Below, in pieces: positions 20,501 to 30,200 of a DNA stretch of 64,000 bases (position 1 is its first letter; every line of letters begins with the position of its first letter). The DNA is taken from contig CAWBKB010000003.1 of NCBI GenBank assembly GCA_963789265.1, positions 352,001-416,000 of the forward strand. The letters are read 5' to 3'. Position numbers and translations under genes: made by a program. The notes beneath the pieces were generated by a model that did no database searches, had not been told where the DNA came from, and was given only the letters and a program-made list of their open reading frames with translations. This DNA is from an uncultured delta proteobacterium (GTDB lineage: Bacteria > Desulfobacterota > Desulfomonilia > Desulfomonilales > Desulfomonilaceae).

Positions 20501-20827
20501 TTATCCTTCCTTTCTTTGATGTTCCGCTACAATTGCAGCGCGTACCGCATTCAAAGGAGAGTCCACCGGGCCTTGATGCAGAACAGCAAAGAACTTGCGC
20601 TTGCTGGACTTCTCGTCTGTGACATAAGACCAAGCATAACAGCGGGTAGCTGTAGGGTGCCCCTCAACATCGAATACCTGGACTTCCCCTTCCCAGACAG
20701 TCTTACCCTGAAAAACCTCTCTTACAGGCACAGATTCGACCCACGTAGCCTTGCAGCAGTGGAGATCGCGAATGGCTTTGATGAGGGCCTTGATAGGGGC
20801 TTCGGTGTTAGATTTTGATGAATTCAT
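20501..20827 (-). CDS. Hypothetical passenger protein (108 aa)
   Basis: GGAG RBS; well-formed alpha/beta pattern (WEGEVQVFD..GHP...CYAWS); inside the element. Confidence 0.8.
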   Translation of the reverse strand: MNSSKSNTEAPIKALIKAIRDLHCCKATWVESVPVREVFQGKTVWEGEVQVFDVEGHPTATRCYAWSYVTDEKSSKRKFFAVLHQGPVDSPLNAVRAAIVAEHQRKEG

Positions 20828-20945
20828 GATACTAAATCTCCAGAACGGGTTGAGTTGATCCCCCCGTCCACGGTCTTTGGTTCTAAACTAAATCATATTT
20901 TTGTAAATTGCCATAAAAAAAGAATGAGCCAAAAAGTGGTATCTC

Positions 20946-21072
20946 TTGACAATATCATCATAACTAAGTAGAATAAGGAAACTTATAAATGGGGAGATGC
21001 CTCATGGCAGACGTGCTAAAATTGCGAGAAACTGCTTGACAACCTCAGTGAGAAGAGTTACATTTTTCTCAC
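20946..21072 (+). promoter_or_regulatory. Two tandem sigma70-like promoters with a palindrome over the second -10 box
   Basis: TTGACA-17-TAGAAT (20946-20974); TTGACA-17-TACATT (21036-21064); GTGAGAA-N11-TTCTCAC (21048-21072). Confidence 0.65.
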
Positions 21073-21105
21073 AATAACCAAGCGCGATTCACACGAAAGG
21101 AGTGA

Positions 21106-21888
21106 ATGATCATGGTTGAGGCTGCGAAAAGGAAAGAAAGAAAAGGTCGAGCAATCGCACTAGGTCTCGTGGATGCCTTGAGGATGGTGGAGCAAATTCA
21201 CCGACAGGGTGCGGGATCTGACGTTCCTAAAACTTCGCTTGGGCATATACTTGGGTCCAAACCAACTAGCAGCCTCTTTGATCGAAAAGTCGCCGCGTTG
21301 AAGTCCTATGGACTCATAGAGACACGGGGAGAAATGATTGCCTTAACCCCATTAGGCAAAACTTACGCGATGCCCACAAGCGCAGAAGAGAAAAGCCAAA
21401 TAGCGCTCCAGGCTTTCAGGGAGGTTTCGTTATTCGATAGGCTATTGAGCCAATATAACGGGAATCCCCTACCTGAAATTAATCAATTCTTTTATAACCA
21501 GGTGGCAAGCACTTATGGAATTTCCAATGAGGAAGTGGCCAAATGGATAAAGGAATTTATGGGAGCAGCGCGGCACACTGGTTGTCTCGTTTCAGAACAA
21601 GGACATGATGTTGTTCGTCTTCCCGACCCTGTTGGTGCACCTTTACCTCAACTTAAAGGAGATGCACCGACGATGAACATTCAAGAAACACAAGAATCTT
21701 TTGAAATGGTCAGTTTGAGAATTGAGGGGGCACAAATGACAGTGAACGTTCCTGACAAGGTGGACCCTAATCTTCTCAAAGAAACGATTGGCGCAACAGA
21801 AGACGCTTTAGAGCTTTTGCGTAGAAAGTGGAAGCGGTTAACAGGGCAGCCTTCTCCAACCGATCTAGCTAAAACGCCTCAGAATTAG
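21106..21888 (+). CDS. Hypothetical passenger protein with a predicted winged-helix-like N-terminal domain
   Basis: AAGGAG RBS; VAALKSYGLIE....IALTPLG wing pattern. Confidence 0.75.
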   Translation: MIMVEAAKRKERKGRAIALGLVDALRMVEQIHRQGAGSDVPKTSLGHILGSKPTSSLFDRKVAALKSYGLIETRGEMIALTPLGKTYAMPTSAEEKSQIALQAFREVSLFDRLLSQYNGNPLPEINQFFYNQVASTYGISNEEVAKWIKEFMGAARHTGCLVSEQGHDVVRLPDPVGAPLPQLKGDAPTMNIQETQESFEMVSLRIEGAQMTVNVPDKVDPNLLKETIGATEDALELLRRKWKRLTGQPSPTDLAKTPQN

Positions 21889-21965
21889 GGGGCCATAATG
21901 CGAAGACCCCGCAGCCTGGATCACGCCAATGAATACAGACTACAGGGTCGCGTCGGATTCACAGT

Positions 21966-22036
21966 GGGGCCTGCATGGTGCCTTCCCGGACTTTACACCC
22001 AGAGGAAGCGCGGTTCGAATCCGCCAGGCTCCACCA
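21966..22036 (+). ncRNA. Atypical tRNA-like element (8-bp acceptor stem, 4-bp T-stem, G3:U70, no D-stem)
   Basis: GGGGCCTG/CAGGCTCC plus ACCA; GCGG-TTCGAAT-CCGC; central CTTCC/GGAAG helix. Confidence 0.65.
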
Positions 22037-22070
22037 CATCTGAGTATAAGACATACTCAGGGAGAATTCA

Positions 22071-22895
22071 ATGAATAAGTTGGGGTTGGATAAGCAAACG
22101 GCAGTTATAAGTGCGCTGGTTGAAGGTGTCTCCATTCGCTCCATAGAGCGCATGACTGGAGTTCACCGGGACACAATTATGCGATTGATGGTACGCGTAG
22201 GTGACGGTTGTCAACGGCTCATGGACGAGAAGATGCGAAGTCTTCCCTGTAAGCATCTTCAACTTGACGAGATATGGTGTTATGTCGGCAAGAAGCAGCG
22301 CCACGTGAAAGACACCGACGATTCTTCTACGGTTGGGGACTTCTACACCTGGGTTGCTATCGACTCTGCCACGAAGCTGATTCCATCTTACAGGGTCGGG
22401 AAACGGGACGCTGAGACAGGACAGGCTTTTGTTGACGACTTGGCTGACCGCTTGGCTAACCGAGTTCAGATCAGTTCAGATGGTCTCAACATCTATGTGG
22501 ATGCTATTGAAGGGTCCTTTGGAGCAGACGTAGACTATGCCCAAATTGTAAAGTTCTATGAAGCGGAACCGATTGGACCCGGTAGATACTCGCCTCCCAA
22601 GGTCGTGAAGGTCGAAAAGTCGTATATCGCTGGGAATCCCGACTTGAATATTGCCTCTACCTCTTATATCGAAAGACAAAATCTGACGATGCGCATGGCG
22701 ATGCGCCGGTTTACCCGGCTGACCAATGCGTTCAGCAAGAAGGTTGAGAACCTGAAAGCTGCCGTGGCCCTGCATTTCGCCCATTACAACTTTGTGCGGG
22801 TTCACAAGACACTGAGAGTGACACCTGCGATGGAAGCAGGGATATCAAACAGACTGTGGAGCATCCGGGAAATGGTAGAGATGATAGGCGACTGA
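22071..22895 (+). CDS. IS1-family DDE transposase (single ORF, N-terminal HTH)
   Basis: VEGVSIRSIERMTGVHRDTI HTH; QLDEIWCYVGKK, SSDG...Y, STSYIERQNLTMR...RFTRLTNAFSKK. Confidence 0.93.
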   Translation: MNKLGLDKQTAVISALVEGVSIRSIERMTGVHRDTIMRLMVRVGDGCQRLMDEKMRSLPCKHLQLDEIWCYVGKKQRHVKDTDDSSTVGDFYTWVAIDSATKLIPSYRVGKRDAETGQAFVDDLADRLANRVQISSDGLNIYVDAIEGSFGADVDYAQIVKFYEAEPIGPGRYSPPKVVKVEKSYIAGNPDLNIASTSYIERQNLTMRMAMRRFTRLTNAFSKKVENLKAAVALHFAHYNFVRVHKTLRVTPAMEAGISNRLWSIREMVEMIGD

Positions 22896-23489
22896 TTACC
22901 GATTCTTCTTTCTTGAAAGCTTTGTTAGTGCAGCTTTACTTTTACGCTTCGATTTGTCGAACCCTCTGGCGGCCCCGGAAGAGCTGGGCTGACGAATAAT
23001 TTGGGGGCGATTCTGGGGATTTTCAGGGTGTTCAGGATGCGATATGCTGGGGATGTCGATTGTACATGTTCCCGTGAATCCGTCATAGGTGAAATAAGTA
23101 TTTCTCAGTACATCCCTTCCGACTAGCATACCTATACGTCCGACAAGCGGATCGGCCATCTCGCAGACCCATTTGTTCGATATCCAAAAATTACTGCCAT
23201 CGAAGGTGAAATCTACGGAATAAACTTTACAAAGTTCGAGGCTATGGGCTCCCTGTATAGGGATTTTATCCGCCGCCTGCAAACCAAGTTGTGCGGCCAA
23301 ATCTGCTGATATGGCTGTAATTGATGCGCCCGTATCAATAAGCGCTATCGTCTGAATTTCGGTTGATCCTCCGGTAAGCTGAGCAACAGATATAGGGACC
23401 TTGAGAGAGACATTCAACACCGGTCCCATGCCCAACAACTTATTCCAAGGACCCGGGATGATGCAGCGCCTAGGAATAAACTGGGGCAT
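22896..23489 (-). CDS. Retropepsin-like aspartic protease with a basic C-terminal tail
   Basis: ALIDTGASITAI catalytic motif and MLVGRDVL motif. Confidence 0.85.
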   Translation of the reverse strand: MPQFIPRRCIIPGPWNKLLGMGPVLNVSLKVPISVAQLTGGSTEIQTIALIDTGASITAISADLAAQLGLQAADKIPIQGAHSLELCKVYSVDFTFDGSNFWISNKWVCEMADPLVGRIGMLVGRDVLRNTYFTYDGFTGTCTIDIPSISHPEHPENPQNRPQIIRQPSSSGAARGFDKSKRKSKAALTKLSRKKNR

Positions 23490-23733
23490 GAAATAATCCT
23501 AGAGTCAAGTTTACAGATATCTCAATTGGTTCACGCTTTTCCGTGATTTGCCTCACTAGAATCTGAGCTGACTGTGTGGCCTTAACCCCCTGTTCATACG
23601 CCTCAGCGAAAGACTCAAAGAATCCTAAAAGTTTTTGCTGATGAATAACTACCCATTTCCCTTTATGATCGACAAGCCATTCTCGCCAATGCTCGTCAAA
23701 CCATTCAATTTCCTTATCGAGATAGTCGGCCAT
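23470..23733 (-). CDS. Small DUF5678-like protein, coupled to the protease gene
   Basis: E.EWF..H..EW...HKGKWVVI....LLGFF...EAY..G pattern; GGAGG RBS; 20-nt overlap with the protease ORF. Confidence 0.7.
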   Translation of the reverse strand: MADYLDKEIEWFDEHWREWLVDHKGKWVVIHQQKLLGFFESFAEAYEQGVKATQSAQILVRQITEKREPIEISVNLTLGLFHAPVYS

Positions 23734-24283
23734 GATGAAACCTCCGATGATTGATCAGCCGAAACCATTCCTAAGATAAAATTAATAGATTGAACGATTC
23801 AAGTCAAATAGTTTCCAGGTTGTAGCGGAAAGTCGAGAAAAGAAACCCTGAGGTACACGTCCCCTAATTGATACTCCATATCTTATCACGGCAATCCAAA
23901 TTAGGACACTACCCAACTGCCGACTAATGGCATTCCAAAGGAGTTCAAGCCATTTCGCAACTTAGCAGACATGTTTCAGGGTTATTGGGAGATAACTGTG
24001 CATCGGGCAATCAGGCCCGCGGTCCGGGCGGGATCACCGTCCCGCGAGACGCGAGATGCGCGGAAAATGCAGAGAAAAACAATAGCTAGTCCAACGCCAC
24101 GTGAGCCATCGCAGCGTACAGTCAAGCTGGAATTGTCCTCCCTATTGCATGCCGGAATTTGCTATACCCTTTCGCATTAGGTGTGGAGAAAATAGAATTC
24201 TCCGCGGTCTCTGCGTTCTCCGCGGTAAATTACTACGAAATAAGGAGGCAATCCCCCCCGGGGATTACCCAGGGAGAAAAAGG

Positions 24284-25054
24284 ATGAAGAAACGGTGGTT
24301 GCCGGCCGCGATGGCGATCGCTGCTATTGCTCTCCTGGAAACGAGTGTCGTACACGCGGGGCCCCGAGATGCAGGTGGAGAAGAGAAAAGATCCGTGAAT
24401 ACTTTGCGCCTTTACGGCCCCGGAGGTCCGCTTGGTCCCATGAAAGAATGTGCGGACAAATTTTCCGAGAAGACGGGGACAGAGATAAGCATAACCACCG
24501 GCACGCCGCCGCAGTGGATCGAGCAGGCCGAGCAGAACGGTGACCTGATCTTCGAGGGTGCCGAGTACATGCTGAATGACTTCATGCAATCACATCCGGG
24601 CATTGTGGACGAGGCATCCATTACCGGGCTCTACGCGAGAGCTGCGGCAATCCTGGTGAGACATGGCAACCCAAAGCACATAGCAACGCTCGACGATTTG
24701 GCCAAAGCCGGGACCAAGATCATGGTTGTCACCCTGGAAAAGATGGAAGAGGTATACGGCCGCGTCCCCGGAATCCAGTACAACATTGTGAAGCCCGTGT
24801 TGACGGGCCGCGAGGCTGCACGAAATTGGAAGACGATGCCGGAACTCGATGCATGGATCACGTACGAATCTTGGGGCTGCGCTCTGGCAGACGACACAGA
24901 TATAATTCAGATTCCAGAGGAAAACCGAGTCTTACGAATCACCCCTATCGCCATGCTCAACAGATCAAAGAACAAGAAATTGGGCATGGAATTCATCAAA
25001 TTCCTGAGAAGTGGCGAAGTGCACCGGATATTTCAAACATGGGGCTGGAAGTAG
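24284..25054 (+). CDS. AcfC-like periplasmic substrate-binding protein
   Basis: Signal peptide; LYGPGGPLGPMKECA..F, GAEYM, GNPK.I and DAWITYESW motifs. Confidence 0.8.
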   Translation: MKKRWLPAAMAIAAIALLETSVVHAGPRDAGGEEKRSVNTLRLYGPGGPLGPMKECADKFSEKTGTEISITTGTPPQWIEQAEQNGDLIFEGAEYMLNDFMQSHPGIVDEASITGLYARAAAILVRHGNPKHIATLDDLAKAGTKIMVVTLEKMEEVYGRVPGIQYNIVKPVLTGREAARNWKTMPELDAWITYESWGCALADDTDIIQIPEENRVLRITPIAMLNRSKNKKLGMEFIKFLRSGEVHRIFQTWGWK

Positions 25055-25221
25055 AAATTCCGACAATTGTGGAGGGCGGATCTTGAATCCCGTTGGGGCG
25101 CGACGCCAGAACGGAAAATCCGCCTTGTTGTTTGCCCCAACGCGGCGGATTCTCAGGTCCGTATGCCCCAGACTCCCACTAACTTCCCGGAAAGAGGCTT
25201 CTGGGGCCAAACTGCACTCGG

Positions 25222-26443
25222 TCACCGGCTCCTATTCACCTTTTTGAGTTCCTCTGGGGTGCGGCATATCTGCTCACCCTGAATCGACTGGATGTTCGTG
25301 AGCACTGAGAAGCCGTATTTTTCGCTGTACGCCGTCTCGCCCCACACAACGTCTTCCACCACCTGATGGTCTCTCGGCCGCATGACCTTCCACCCTTCCG
25401 GGGTCAGCCAGGCGAGCGGCTCTTTTTCCACTGCCTTAACTATTGCTTCGGGATCTGTGGTCCTGGCACGTTCCACGGCCGCCTTGATAAAGTAAACACC
25501 AGCGTAGGTCTCTTCAGTCATGTAATCCGGATACTCTTTGTATTTCTCGTGGTATTTCTTTACGAAGTCCCGGTTTTCGGCAGAGTCGGGAGTGGTGAAA
25601 AAATACCGGGAGGCCATGTATAGACCAGCCGGAGTCTCTTTGCCGAGTGGGACGAGAGTCTCCAGAGCGGCGCCCACGGGAAACGCGAACTTGATCTTGT
25701 CAAACAGCTTGGCTTCCTTGGCCTGCTTGATGAAGTTCACTGCATCTCGTCCCCACAAGGGGCACCACACTGCATCCGGCTTGGCCTTACGAATCTGCTC
25801 TATTTGCGCGGAGTAGTCCTTGGCCATAAGCTTGGGAAACGTTTCGCCCACTATTTCTACTTCGGGCTTTAGTTCCTTGAGTTTTTCCATGAACAAGCGC
25901 CAGGATTCGTGGCCATAGTTGTAGTCCGGCCCGATGCACATCCATCTCTTGTAAGGCTTTGCGGCCATGTAATAGGCGCCTGACCGGGAATGCATCATTA
26001 TGTTGCTCAGAGGTACTGAAGAGGTAAGGATTGAACTTGGCTCCTGTCACGGCATCTGTGGCTGCTTGCGTCACAATAAGGATCTTCTTGTGCTTTCGAG
26101 CAATTTCCGACAGAGACAGAGCCAGGCCGCTGGAGGTCGGTCCCATGAGGAAGTCCACTTTGTCCTCACCAATGAATTTCTCCGCGAGTTTCGCCGCAAC
26201 ATCCGGTTTCAATTTCGTGTCCCCGAAGAACGCCACCAGCTTCCGGCCGAGCACACCGCCTCCGGCGTTGATCTCTTCCACAGCCATATCTATGGCCCGC
26301 TTGGCATTTATTCCATAACCGCCGAGCGGCCCGGAGCTTATGAACATCGCTCCCAGTTTGATGGGCTTTTCAGCCGCTTGCGAAGCACTGAAGAGTGACA
26401 TCGCCAGGCACAAACCCAAAGAAACAAGCAACAGCCTCTTCAT
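25222..26443 (-). CDS. Branched-chain amino acid-type ABC substrate-binding protein; apparent 1-nt frameshift near 26012
   Basis: AVEEINAGGGVLGR, PDYNYG and R..DHQ motifs; removing one C gives YLFSTLSNIMMHSR and joins the two ORFs. Confidence 0.82.
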
Positions 26444-27288
26444 GATCGACCCCCTGCAAGTCATCATTCGTAAGAGTTGAGGTTGAATGACTCTCCGCCT
26501 AACCAAAGAATCTCCAGGGATTATTATGAAGCGCCGACCGGTTCGGGGTCAACCGGAGCCTCGACCTGGCGCTCGATAGCCCTTCAGACCGCAAAAAGCT
26601 CCGTATCGCCTCCCGCAATACCGACGGACGCAAAACCGTCATCATGTTGAGAGAAAAGCCCGTTGTTTCCCGGCCTTGAAGGTAACTCTCTCCACGGTCA
26701 CATGTCAAACGCAATCTTCATCATAGAATCGCGCTGAGAAACGACATGCGACGAGTCAATGGGCTTCACCGTAGGGACACACCGTTATGGGTTGGAGTCT
26801 AGAGCGGTGAACACCACAAACCGTAACGATCCACAACCGAATGACGCAAAATTGACAGAGCGGTGAGCGAACTGGTCCAGGAAGTGCACCATGATAAAAA
26901 GAGACGCGTGATGGCACAATCCTCGGGGCGACATGAGAGACCTCACCGAAATGGAGGCATCTCACCGCAGAAGGGTGCTTGCGGGGTCCAAGGCCAATGA
27001 AAGACTTGACTCGTTCCTTCTGGATGAGGGTGAGATCGAGGTTTGTAACATCCTAGAACGCGGGCGTGGAGCGGATTATCATTGGTTTGGCGTGGCGCCT
27101 GAAGACAGTGGCGTAAATAGGCTGCGGCATCGGAAACATGAGGTTGACTACGCAGCGACTGTATCTGGAAAGCGCGGATAGGGCATGATGGCGAATACAA
27201 GGCTTATCCAGACGCGTTGGGACTACGGTGGTGCGGTGTTTTCCGAATAGATTCGGGTGCCATTTGACGAACATTGGCACCCCTGCGG

Positions 27289-30200
27289 TCACCGGTCAAA
27301 CAGATGGAACACTTCGTCAATGCCGTAAGCTTGAATTTCAGTCATGCGGTCTATCATGTCTAGGCATCGCCTTTGAAGCGCTGCATTCGTATTTTGGCTG
27401 TAAATTCGGACTACTAATTTTCCAATGATAGTTGCAGCCCATCCTTCGGACCCAGCGGGGCTACTCGCGGCGGTTCCGACCTGCTCCAAAAAAAGTTCAC
27501 ACACTCGGCAGGTTATCTCCGGGAGCCTCGCTGTGGTTTTTTCCAAAGCCTCTATTAACGGCAAGCTGTGGATCTTAAAGGCGGGGCTTTGGACGAATTT
27601 TTCAACAAGAGAGATGTGGTTCCCCAGTTGGTCCCCCTTGAAACCTCCAAAACATCTTGCGGCGATCTTTGCCACATTTTCATCTTTATCACGAAAGAGT
27701 CGTTCCAATGCCTTATGGCAGAAAGAGGATGTGTCGTACCATTTCGCATTGGCTGCGAAGACCTCAGCGGCGGCAGTTCGTTCCACGACAGATCCATTCA
27801 AACACTGGGTTGCTAAGGGACGAGCCGCTGTGATGCGTAGCGACGCCAGACACGATCTGGTGGCACCGACCTTCCGGACGCCCTCAACATCTGAAGCCAG
27901 CATCCATCCTAAGATTGGTTTTAATGAATCAAAATGAGTCATTAGGGCATAATAGAGGAAGGCGTCCGCATGGGAGGTACCCAGAAGCCTATCGTCCGCT
28001 GACACTAGTTCTTTGAAGAGGTGAACAGCAATGTCCCTGTCATGGTTGAGCATTATAATTAGCGGAGCAGTGGCGCATGCACGCACGGCAAGAGATATGT
28101 CGCGGACGATCAACTCAATCGCCGGAAGCAGTAATTGCAAGGCCTGAGGATGATGCTGAAGAATCACAGCCATAGCCTCAGCAGCGCTTCCCCTAACCGA
28201 ATTGAACCCGGCCTCTAAAATTTTTCCCCGAAATATTCGGTCCCACCCGTTTCTTCCTTGTTCCAAAGTTCTTTGTCTGGATCAGGATCTTGAGTCGCAT
28301 ACCAAGCTAAAACATCCAAAAGTTCTTGCGGTAGCAAAAGAGAGGCATTTTCCTTGATTGCCGCAATAATTGGACGACCACAAGGTCGATCTGGCAATTT
28401 GTGGCAACGATCAACAGCCCTGAAAATTAATTTTGCATCCTTCGCGATTCCGGCCAATCCGCTCAAGATCGCGTTGAAATATCGAGGATTGATATCATTG
28501 GGAAGACTCTCGATCAATTTGATATATCGCTGGGGGTCTTTTCTGGTCTGCCCTTCTAACAATCGTGAAAGCTCCTCAGTGCCGCCCACACCATTGTTGA
28601 ACCTCCATGCTCCATCTTCAGCCGCGTACTTTCTGAGAGCCCGCACCCATTGCTCATCGGTCATTTTTCCTGCCGCGGCTGCGGGAATGGGAGGTGCAAG
28701 TCGCACGCTTCTGCCAAATGGTTCAGGGACGTCGGCGTACCGGTCCAAACTTTCTCCGCAATTCTTGAAGCCGTTTCTGTACGGCTGGTGACAATCGCGA
28801 CGCTTCGATGCCTTTCAATAAAACGAATTGCGCGTGGCCATGCTGTCCCTTCCCTCGGGCCGTTTTCTCAAATTGCGGATAATAATTAAGTATGGTGGTC
28901 TCGAGTCGCTCTATTCGATCTCGGCTGCAATAGGGGGTGATGGCCTCCAAGAGTTGTCTTGTGGCCCATTGCGGTTCGCCTACATATCCGGTCCTGAGGC
29001 GAAACGTTTCCTCACACAAATAGTCGCAAGCTTCATCGGCAAATCTGGGACCATTGGCCGCATACGACCGAACTAAGAGAAACTGAACGGTATCAAAACA
29101 TGACTCCTTAAGTATCTCGGCAATCACGGCAAACCGCTCAGGGTAATGGGAAGCGAGATCAGACAAAGCCCTTTCCATCGGTTCTAATAGGGGGGCGTCT
29201 GGGCTGTGATGACCCGAGACATCTCTCAGATAAAAAATGGGGTCTGGCCACGGGGGCCTACCTTCCTTAATAGCGGTGAGTTCGACAACTTTGATGACAA
29301 ATGGTAACAAGTTGTCCACGAATGAAACCGAAGCCAGCTTTGCGCAAGTTAATGCAAATTCAGCCAGGAATTGACTGTGAGGGATATGGGTGACAAAAGG
29401 ATTGTTCTTCCCCGCCTCCAGACTCAAATTTAGCCGACGGTTTAAATAATGATTCATCAGCTCACAGGCCCATTCGGGATGCTGCTCTGGCAAGCCATAG
29501 AAGAAACTCCAAAAATCACTATTCACGCCCCTAGGTCTTTTAAAATCATCGAAAAGCCCCCGATCCAAAAGTTGCAACGAAAGATCTAAAAAATCCCTGC
29601 CAGCACCCATGTCGGCATACTGGACAATGTACATCAGGCGTTGATCCCACTCTTTCGAAATACCTATGTAGCTGCTGAGCAGTTCAGCCACACGGGTCGG
29701 GAAGTACTTCTGAACGCCGGACAAGAGATACACTCCTAGGTTAGCAACACGGTCATCGCTGGAAGCCAGCCAACTGCTAATTATTGCCAGCTTATCCAGC
29801 AATTCGAACCACGGAACAGATCCACGGAGGACATGAAATACGTGTTCCATACCGGACAGTTTTCTCAAGCAATAATTCTCCAAAACCTCCCATTCTTCTT
29901 CCATTGGGTCTTTCAGGCTCTTCAATATGTCAAATATCACCCTCTTTAGATGAAATCGCACTCCGGCATCATTTATTACGGCGCTAAGATCCTTCAGATA
30001 CGAACCTTTGTTAGATCTGTTTCTCTCATAAACTAGAATTTGCCGGATCTGCGAACGTCGGAAGAGATGCTGCTCATCATCCCTTAAGAATTCCAGCAAA
30101 TCGCGCTCTTCAGCATGAAACCGACACGCGTAAGCGTAGTCAAAGAAAGTCTCATGAAAAAAAGCATATTGCCTTCCTTCACGGACGAGAATGTTTTCCG

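Larger units (their letters stand above)
20236..23913 (+). mobile_element. IS1-family transposon carrying passenger genes (3678 bp)
   Basis: Terminal IR GGTAGTGTCCTAATTTG (20236-20252) / CAAATTAGGACACTACC (23897-23913); direct repeat CAACTGCC at 20228-20235 and 23914-23921; internal IS1-type transposase. Confidence 0.93.

Noticed and set aside
26933..27181. 82-aa ORF downstream of the STAND gene
   Set aside because: No recognisable domain or clear RBS; cannot be supported
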